Assembly: GCA_043821365.1 (NCBI GenBank)
Contig: JBDRCX010000006.1
Coordinates: 352,001 to 416,000, forward strand
From: Candidatus Micrarchaeota archaeon
GTDB taxonomy: Archaea > Micrarchaeota > Micrarchaeia > Anstonellales > Bilamarchaeaceae
Length of the DNA stretch: 64,000 nt
Direction: 5' to 3'
Positions 57,835 to 64,000 of the stretch are shown here, one piece after another (positions within the stretch are counted from its first letter, which is position 1; the number at the start of each line of letters is the position of its first letter). Under the pieces are notes generated by a model, which was not told the DNA's origin, did not search any database, and saw only the letters and a program-made list of their open reading frames with translations. The position numbers and the translations under genes are program-made.

Positions 57835-58476
57835 TTATTCGAATTTCAAATCCATAAGTTCTGTGAAGTCTGTTATTACCATCGTCCCTTCATTCACTGT
57901 TATTCTAGCAGGAGATTTTACAATTATCAACTTCATATTTGCTGCCAAAACTGCTTTTGCACCAGAAACAGAATCTTCAATTGCAACACACTCTTCTGGT
58001 TTTAATCCTAATTTTCTTGCTGCATGTAAAAATGGTTCAGGGTCTGGTTTGCGTTTTTCCAATTCATCTCCGCTTACAATAAGATCAAAAAACTTACTAA
58101 GGTTAAAAATGTCAAGTGCAGCCTGTACGTTTGTTCTATGACTACCAGAAACAATTGCGATTTTTAATTTTTTTTCTTTAATTTTTTCAAGAAATTTAAC
58201 TATTCCTGGGGTTAGTGTCAATCTTCCTTCCCTAACTGCTTTTTCATAATTTGATTTTCTTTTTTGTACGAGGTCATCTACTTTTTCAGGTATTTTATAT
58301 TCATCTACCAAAACTTCAAAGATATGTTTAGATCCTGTACCTGCAAACTCATTATACCATCTCTCTTCACTTACCTCAACACCATAAGGTTTAAGAAGCT
58401 CTAAAAACGTCTCCATATGTAGCTTTTCTGATTGCACTACCACGCCGTCAAAATCAAAAAGTATGCCTTTTATTAT
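57835..58476 (-). CDS. HAD-superfamily phosphatase; inferred ATA start at 58476
   Basis: Motif I FDFDG lies upstream of the track start (58443); KPDPEPF, IEDSVSG. An in-frame TAA directly precedes ATA ATA AAA GGC. Confidence 0.85.
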   Translation of the reverse strand: MIKGILFDFDGVVVQSEKLHMETFLELLKPYGVEVSEERWYNEFAGTGSKHIFEVLVDEYKIPEKVDDLVQKRKSNYEKAVREGRLTLTPGIVKFLEKIKEKKLKIAIVSGSHRTNVQAALDIFNLSKFFDLIVSGDELEKRKPDPEPFLHAARKLGLKPEECVAIEDSVSGAKAVLAANMKLIIVKSPARITVNEGTMVITDFTELMDLKFE

Positions 58477-58528
58477 TTAATCATCTCCAAACATGCATTT
58501 TATTAACCATAGGTTACAATAAAATTTC

Positions 58529-59257
58529 ATGAGATTAATCATATTAAGCTTACTGGTTTTTGGATTATTGCTATTCGGATGCTTTGAACCACCAATAGAT
58601 CAAAATCAAACAAACACTACTAATAACACAACAATTATTCAACCAGTTAAAACACCATCATTTACTATCACAAGTCCAACTTCCTATGAATCAATCTACA
58701 CCCAAGAAGAAACTGCAGATGTGACTTTGTCTTTCAATACTCAAAATCTTGTTCTAAAACAACCTGGAGGAGTTGCGAAAAGTGGCGAAGGCCATTTCAA
58801 AGTAACTGTGGATGCTGATCCAGCTGTAACAATAACCTCGAAGAATTATGTTATCGCAGGTTTGGGGCTTGGAGAACACACCATAAGCGTTGATCTGTGG
58901 ACAAATGACAAAAAATCATATGGCATTTCAAAACAAGTAACTTTCACAGTGGAGAAAGAAGAATTGCCAGCATACGAACCACAAACCTATACAGTTACAA
59001 TAAATGATTTCTCTTACAGTCCAGCCGAATTAACTGTAAAAAGAACTGATAGTGTCATCTTTGTGAACTCAGGCAATTTCCCAAGATCCGCAACATGTTT
59101 TATTGGTGGTGCGGAAGTATTCGATACTGAGGTTCTTGGGCCTGGTAAAAATGCCACAATTGTCATGAATGAAGTATTGTCATGTGAGTACTACGCAGTT
59201 ACCCATCCAATAATGAAAGGAATGATAATTGTTGAACCAAATGGTAGAGAAGATTAG
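58529..59257 (+). CDS. lipoprotein with C-terminal plastocyanin-like domain
   Basis: Lipobox LFGC; VTINDFSYSPAELTVK, YYAVTHPIMKG. Confidence 0.75.
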   Translation: MRLIILSLLVFGLLLFGCFEPPIDQNQTNTTNNTTIIQPVKTPSFTITSPTSYESIYTQEETADVTLSFNTQNLVLKQPGGVAKSGEGHFKVTVDADPAVTITSKNYVIAGLGLGEHTISVDLWTNDKKSYGISKQVTFTVEKEELPAYEPQTYTVTINDFSYSPAELTVKRTDSVIFVNSGNFPRSATCFIGGAEVFDTEVLGPGKNATIVMNEVLSCEYYAVTHPIMKGMIIVEPNGRED

Positions 59258-59526
59258 TATTCTATCTCTACTTCTCCTTTTTTTATCCAAATTTGACAGG
59301 CCAATCTTTCATTAGTTTGGCAACTTTTTTTTGCTAAAAGAAGTTCCTCAGTTGGACTTTTACCATTTAGATTTTCCATCCCCTTAATTATCTTGCATAT
59401 GCAAGTTCCGCATGTTCCAGACTCACAACCAAAAAGCATTCCTGTGTCCCTTACATGGTCTAAGAGCCTAGATCCATCTGGAATATCAAGTGTAATATTA
59501 TCATTGATTATCTTTACTTTTGCCAT
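59254..59526 (-). CDS. [2Fe-2S] ferredoxin
   Basis: FGCESGTCGTC...ERLACQ. Confidence 0.92.
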   Translation of the reverse strand: MAKVKIINDNITLDIPDGSRLLDHVRDTGMLFGCESGTCGTCICKIIKGMENLNGKSPTEELLLAKKSCQTNERLACQIWIKKGEVEIEY

Positions 59527-59553
59527 AAAAATCTCCTTTGATTTTTATTATTG

Positions 59554-59678
59554 TTGAGAATGCGTCGCATTCTCGACTGTCATGGAGTTTTGCTCCATAG
59601 CATGATTGTTTCGTAATTGTTCGAATTTCGAACAATTTGCGCCTTGAAATAGCATTTCAAGTGCGTAACGATCAATGC
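59554..59678. ncRNA. free-standing multi-hairpin structured element
   Basis: Four perfect hairpins, two of them closed by an outer helix; one arm (CTTGAAA/TTTCAAG) is shared with the hairpin at 16831-16851. Transcription not shown. Confidence 0.45.
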
Positions 59679-59684
59679 ATAGGA

Positions 59685-60326
59685 TCACTCTGGTTCGTCA
59701 TTAAACAATTTCGTCTGTTTTATTCTCTCCATTGTTTTCCATCGTTTTCTTGTAAATGGGTCTAGAAGCTTCCTTTTTTCTTTATTTTTAAGTGCACCTA
59801 TTGTTCTTTGGTCAGATGGATATCCACTACCAAATTCGCCTGTTATGTGTGCTATATCAACAATCTTTTTATCTCTTATAACTTTTGCACATATTGATGC
59901 TGCAGCAACAATGGGATATTTCTCATCTGCTTTATGTTCTGCTTCAAATTTCTTTATTCCGAACTTTTCCATTCTTTTTCTAAAAGTCCACGAGTATCTA
60001 TCCGGCATGTCTATCATTACGTCGCCATCTTCAGCCTTTTTTATAAGGTCAGCCATAACTTGCGCTTCAATATCATTCAGACTCATTGTTTTCATTAGTT
60101 TATCAAGATCAGTTGCACTTACTTCAATCCATTTGAACAGACAGAACTTTTTCAGTTCCTCATAAACAGTTTCCCTTTGTTTTGGTGTAAGTGCTTTAGA
60201 ATCTTTTGTTGCGGTTTTTTTTAATAATTTTTCGTGTTCACGCTTACAAAGAGCAATACATATGACTAATGGACCTATGACAGATCCTCTTCCAGCTTCA
60301 TCAATTCCGGATATATATGAGAACAT
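59685..60326 (-). CDS. rnhB: ribonuclease HII
   Basis: GIDEAGRGSVIGPLV, KDSK, EHKAD, AAASICAKV, GSGYPSD. Confidence 0.97.
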   Translation of the reverse strand: MFSYISGIDEAGRGSVIGPLVICIALCKREHEKLLKKTATKDSKALTPKQRETVYEELKKFCLFKWIEVSATDLDKLMKTMSLNDIEAQVMADLIKKAEDGDVMIDMPDRYSWTFRKRMEKFGIKKFEAEHKADEKYPIVAAASICAKVIRDKKIVDIAHITGEFGSGYPSDQRTIGALKNKEKRKLLDPFTRKRWKTMERIKQTKLFNDEPE

Positions 60327-60391
60327 AAGTAGGAAATATTAGGCAATAATAGATTAAAAATAAAGAGGTTGAAAGCCAAAGGCTTTCCTAT

Positions 60392-60649
60392 CTAGTATGT
60401 TATGTTTCTTTTTTCTACGATGATAAAGTCCCCAACTGCCAAAACGCTTTCGTATGGGACGTGGACCAATCCATCGTCTTTTTTCAATTTTGAGGCTAAA
60501 TTGCTGTCTGGGTTTGGTTCAATCACTAGCGTTTCAATCTTCCCACTAGACTCATTGACTTCAAGGTCTACCAATCTTCCAAAATCGTCTCCTTCGTTTG
60601 TGACTAATTTCTTCCCAGAAAGTTGTCTTGCTATAAGATACTTGGCCAT
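60392..60649 (-). CDS. PRC-barrel domain protein
   Basis: LSGKKLVTNEGDDFGRLVDL...VPYESVLAVGDFIIV; ATG 60649 after GGTGA. Confidence 0.85.
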   Translation of the reverse strand: MAKYLIARQLSGKKLVTNEGDDFGRLVDLEVNESSGKIETLVIEPNPDSNLASKLKKDDGLVHVPYESVLAVGDFIIVEKRNITY

Positions 60650-60717
60650 TCTATCACCATTCAAATAAATGTTCTATTGGCGATTTGCAGTTTAACTTTA
60701 TAAATATTCCTTAAATT

Positions 60718-62151
60718 TTATGCTCCGGATTTAAAATCCAGCGTATGTAATCGAACTTGTTTCATTTCATATACTGGAACTAGGGCAGGGGTTGGTACAT
60801 GCCCCTGTTTTATCTGAAAATCTGTTCTATCCTGGAATGTCCCTGAATTTATAACTAATGTTCCTCTGTATTGGGTGTACCCGTTCTTATGGACATGGCC
60901 GCAATGGAAAACGTCAGGGGGGTCGTCTATTATCATATAATCGTTGTCTTCGGGAATTATCAAATTCCCGCCGTAAATCGGTGATAAATGTCTTCTTTTT
61001 AGATATTCAACCATTACTTTTTCAGGATGAGTATATGTCGTCTGTGGAATATTTGCTATCATGGAGTCTATTGAGGTTCCGTGATACATAAGGTGTTTTA
61101 TTCCTTCCACATTGAAGCATGATGGGTTACCAACTCGTGTTACATTTGATGTCACATACTCCTTGCTTATTGCTGGTTGTGGTTCTCCTCTTCTTACTGC
61201 ATCATGATTTCCTGGACCAACTATAACTTCAATGTAATCAGGCAAATTTTCGATAAAATCATCAAACATCTTATATTGTTGGAATACGTCCTTTACAATA
61301 AGTTCATTTTCTTGGTTTGGATAAATTCCAATCCCATCAACAATATCGCCTGCAATTGCAAGGTATTTCACTTTTCCTGCAAGTTCTTTTGCCTCTCCTT
61401 TTCCATGAAGCCAGTCAACAAAGACATTCAAATATTTATCGAGGAAATATCTACTTCCAAAATGTATATCTGATAGATATGCTATTGCAACATCATTCTC
61501 TACTTTTTTCTTCTCTCTTATAACTGGCAAGTCTGGCCATTCTATATCCTCTGCAATAAGGTATGGTTCAAGTACTTTTCCAGTTATTGCTATAATATCG
61601 TCTAATATCACAGACTTGGCCTTTCCCATGACTTTTTCATTGAATTTTGATGATGAGATGACAACCTTAAACGTTCCGCTCAGATCCTCAATTTCAAACA
61701 ATAAATTGCCTTTTTTCGTTTCTCTTTTATTACTTATAAAAACAATTACCCGTACGCGTTCATTAAGATGTTTTTTTATATCTGCAAGATCTGCTGTGGG
61801 TACTGAATTACTTCGTCTAAGCATTTTTGAAATCCTTTCAAATCTGTTTCTGAAGTGTGCTATAAAATTATCAACTTCGCCTTTTGTTCTTGATTTTCCT
61901 GTTACGTCTAATGAGTGGTTTATTTTTACGTCTGAAGAATATTCTTTTGCAACTGGTGAAAACTCCGCCTTTCTTATGACTTCAACTTGCGATTCTTTCT
62001 TTGGTTTAATTAGTTCTTCTATGTCTTCTTTTGAAACAAATGGTTTACCCAATCCAATTATCTTCTTTAATAATTCATCCGATGAATTGGCTTTCAAAAA
62101 ATTTTCTGCATCGACAGTAAGTCTGATTCCTTTTCCAACTAATTCATCCAT
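60718..62151 (-). CDS. polB: DNA polymerase D small subunit DP1
   Basis: SDIHFGS, GDIVDG, PGNHD, YHG, RRHLSP, GHVH, NSGTFQ; OB fold. Confidence 0.95.
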   Translation of the reverse strand: MDELVGKGIRLTVDAENFLKANSSDELLKKIIGLGKPFVSKEDIEELIKPKKESQVEVIRKAEFSPVAKEYSSDVKINHSLDVTGKSRTKGEVDNFIAHFRNRFERISKMLRRSNSVPTADLADIKKHLNERVRVIVFISNKRETKKGNLLFEIEDLSGTFKVVISSSKFNEKVMGKAKSVILDDIIAITGKVLEPYLIAEDIEWPDLPVIREKKKVENDVAIAYLSDIHFGSRYFLDKYLNVFVDWLHGKGEAKELAGKVKYLAIAGDIVDGIGIYPNQENELIVKDVFQQYKMFDDFIENLPDYIEVIVGPGNHDAVRRGEPQPAISKEYVTSNVTRVGNPSCFNVEGIKHLMYHGTSIDSMIANIPQTTYTHPEKVMVEYLKRRHLSPIYGGNLIIPEDNDYMIIDDPPDVFHCGHVHKNGYTQYRGTLVINSGTFQDRTDFQIKQGHVPTPALVPVYEMKQVRLHTLDFKSGA

Positions 62152-62158
62152 TTACCCA

Positions 62159-62404
62159 CTAACGTTCATTGTGGCTTTCTAGAGCACTGATAACTGCCCA
62201 TATCTGAGTCCTAGCATGGGCTGGCATGTTTATGTCCTCAGTTATTCCCTCGATAATGTAGATCGCAGCACTGATTTTCACGCTTTTTTCTTCTTCACTA
62301 TCAAGACGTGCTTTTGCTTCAGTTAATGCTCTTCTTATATTCTTTGGAATTCCGGTATCATTAGCTAGTTCGCCTACCATCCCACTTATTTCTTCTAACT
62401 CCAT
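62159..62404 (-). CDS. UPF0147 family protein
   Basis: DTGIPKNIRR...DINMPAHARTQIWAVISALE. Confidence 0.9.
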   Translation of the reverse strand: MELEEISGMVGELANDTGIPKNIRRALTEAKARLDSEEEKSVKISAAIYIIEGITEDINMPAHARTQIWAVISALESHNER

Positions 62405-62501
62405 AACATCACCTGGAAGGCATAAATATTTGCCAAAATTGGTAATAGGAGATTTAATTGCAAAAGTAATTTAAATTAGCCCTTAAATATGGATAAAAAA
62501 T

Positions 62502-62790
62502 TGGGCCTGCTGAGAGCCGCATGATTTCAAGTCTAAACCAGAAATCATTTTGAATACCTGTGCGACTTTTTAGGAAAAAGTCGCCCAAAAACGTGCTTGC
62601 TAATTTTCGCAAAGCGAAAATGGTTTACACCGAAAATCCGAAAGGATTTTCAAACAACCAATTTTTGGGCGCTTTTTTTTCAAAAAGCGCACCTCAGGAC
62701 CTACGGCTTTCATAGGTACTCGCCAGTCTTATACTGTGCTAGAACGTGCCATATAAGACCGTCGCTCTAACCTGGCTGAGCTACAGGCCC
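62502..62790 (-). tRNA. trnI: tRNA-Ile(TAT) with three introns: 37/38 (62709-62751), 53/54 (62555-62692), 59/60 (62516-62548)
   Basis: Spliced: GGGCCTG TA GCTC AGCCAGGTTA GAGC G ACGGT CTTATAA GCCGT AGGTC CTGAG TTCAAAT CTCAG CAGGCCC A. All three junctions fold as BHB; C4-G69, U12-A23 and A73 are Ile-like. Confidence 0.9.
62561..62691. mobile_element. MITE-like element with ~30-bp terminal inverted repeats forming the tRNA-Ile 53/54 intron
   Basis: TGCGACTTTTTAGGAAAAAGTCGCCCAAAAA (62561-62591) and the inverted TTTTTGGGCGCTTTTTTTTCAAAAAGCGCA (62662-62691) around two hairpins. Mobility is inferred. Confidence 0.6.
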
Positions 62791-62835
62791 AATAGGATAT
62801 GGTGTGTTGCTCAACTTTTTTAAATGAAAGCGAAA

Positions 62836-63681
62836 TTATATTGCAACCAGTACGACGCCCAGAATTAGCAAAAAGAGCGCAGAAATTTTCAAAACCAAGC
62901 TTTTTCTGTCTATTTCCTCCTTCAAAAGTTTTGGATTTAGTTTAGTTATTAATGTAGCTCCTAAGAATACAAATAATGCCTGGGTTGTGGTGAAAGCAGT
63001 AACCAACGAAACAAAAGCAATGCTACATGCAACTATGTAGAGATATGATGCAACATCTGATAATAATCCAGTTCCAATTGCAAATGTTGTAAGTTTTTTG
63101 GATATGAAATCTATTTTTTTACGCCATATAAAGAAAAGAACAATCAAAATTGGTATTGCTGCCATTCTCACCCAAAAAAGTACGGTTATTGAATCTGCTT
63201 CTGAAAGTGCCATCTTTGCTCCAACATCACTAAATGCAAAAAGAATACTTGATGCTAGGACAATAACTGCTTCTTTTCTGAAAACACTTCCCTGAAAAGA
63301 AAGCAATATTGCACCCAGAACAGAAACTAAAATTCCAAAATACTGTACTGTAGTTAAGATTTCACCAAGCATAATAGCTGAAACTATTGCAGTGAATATG
63401 GGATTGGTTAAAAGAAGTGCTGATGTTTTTGACACCTCACTTTCACTCAGACCACTAAAATATGCATAGTAAGCACCATACCAAAAAATACCAGAAATTA
63501 ATGCAATTGCTGAAAATGAAACTGGAAATATGGGATAAATTATAGCAACAGTAATAATGCTACTTATGAGCATTCCTATCATTGTTGTTTGTTTATTGAT
63601 TTTGAAAAGAGTATATTTGCTGATGAGATTTCCAGTTGCCCATAGGAAAGCAGCACCTATGGCAAGCAATGCCCAAATCAT
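62836..63681 (-). CDS. EamA/DMT family transporter
   Basis: Ten hydrophobic helices in two repeats; ESEVS...NPIFTAIVSAIMLGE. Confidence 0.85.
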   Translation of the reverse strand: MIWALLAIGAAFLWATGNLISKYTLFKINKQTTMIGMLISSIITVAIIYPIFPVSFSAIALISGIFWYGAYYAYFSGLSESEVSKTSALLLTNPIFTAIVSAIMLGEILTTVQYFGILVSVLGAILLSFQGSVFRKEAVIVLASSILFAFSDVGAKMALSEADSITVLFWVRMAAIPILIVLFFIWRKKIDFISKKLTTFAIGTGLLSDVASYLYIVACSIAFVSLVTAFTTTQALFVFLGATLITKLNPKLLKEEIDRKSLVLKISALFLLILGVVLVAI

Positions 63682-63732
63682 AGGTTAGTATATCATCGAA
63701 ACCGTAATAAAGCGGTTTGGAGAATATTATTT

Positions 63733-64000
63733 ATGTACAAATCTCTTACTGGTAAAGAACCTGCAGCTAGCATACTGGAAGATGCTCAAAATTCTCTTAT
63801 AAAATTAGGAAAAAAACCAGTACTTGCAATTGTTTTAGCAGGAAATGATCCTGCATCTGAAGTCTATGTAAAAAAGAAAATAGATCGGGCAGCTGCTATT
63901 GGCATTGAAACAAGATTGGAACGTCTTCCTGATAATGTAAGTGAAAAAGAATTACTTGATCTTGTAAAAAGACTCAATACAGACAATTCTGTGGATGGTT
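63733..64000 (+). CDS. folD: bifunctional methylene-THF dehydrogenase/cyclohydrolase, 3'-truncated by the window edge
   Basis: KPVLAIVLAGNDPASEVYVKKK...IGI...ELLDLVKRLNTDNSVDG. Confidence 0.9.
   Translation, partial: MYKSLTGKEPAASILEDAQNSLIKLGKKPVLAIVLAGNDPASEVYVKKKIDRAAAIGIETRLERLPDNVSEKELLDLVKRLNTDNSVDG

Noticed and set aside
58477-58494. Stop-codon readthrough (ATG TTT GGA GAT GAT TAA ATA...) for the HAD gene
   Set aside because: TAA is used as a normal stop throughout the window; the upstream ATG has no SD, whereas ATA has a well-spaced one.
62709-62755. Alternative anticodons (TGA, TAA, CAT) for the tRNA at 62502-62790 via other splice registers
   Set aside because: Only 37/38 gives a BHB; Ser/Leu would need a long variable arm, which is absent; the body has Ile-type determinants.

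Overview
64 kb of an AT-rich archaeal chromosome, most likely a DPANN archaeon of the Micrarchaeota (three-unit epsilon-type tRNA splicing endonuclease, multi-intron tRNAs, GGTGA-type Shine-Dalgarno motifs; taxonomy is inference). Core genes include TFE, rpS6e, aIF2-gamma, Cdc6, PriS/PriL, PolD DP1, RNase HII, proteasome beta, aCPSF1/FttA, deoxyhypusine synthase, PyrF and FolD. Accessory modules are an ArsR/permease unit, a copper-efflux cluster, a type IV pilus locus with a vWA pilin and KaiC-like ATPase, and an argB(NAT-fused)-argD-argC-argG-argH operon. The most striking signal is non-coding. Five tRNA genes (Leu-TAA, Ser-GCT, Trp-CCA, Arg-TCT and the rare Ile-TAT) carry 11 introns in total, at positions 15/16, 37/38, 53/54 and 58-60. 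Several of these introns are built from one shared palindromic repeat family (TGCGCTTTTT-GG-AAAAAGCGC-CCAAAAA and variants), sometimes as terminal inverted repeats around stacks of short hairpins, which looks like a MITE/REP-like element that hides in tRNA genes as spliceable introns. Other highlights are three tandem unannotated hyper-acidic 25-27 aa micropeptides, two genes that appear to need an ATA start codon, and a TFE with a histone-H1-like Lys-rich tail. All calls were made by eye from the sequence; no database searches were run.
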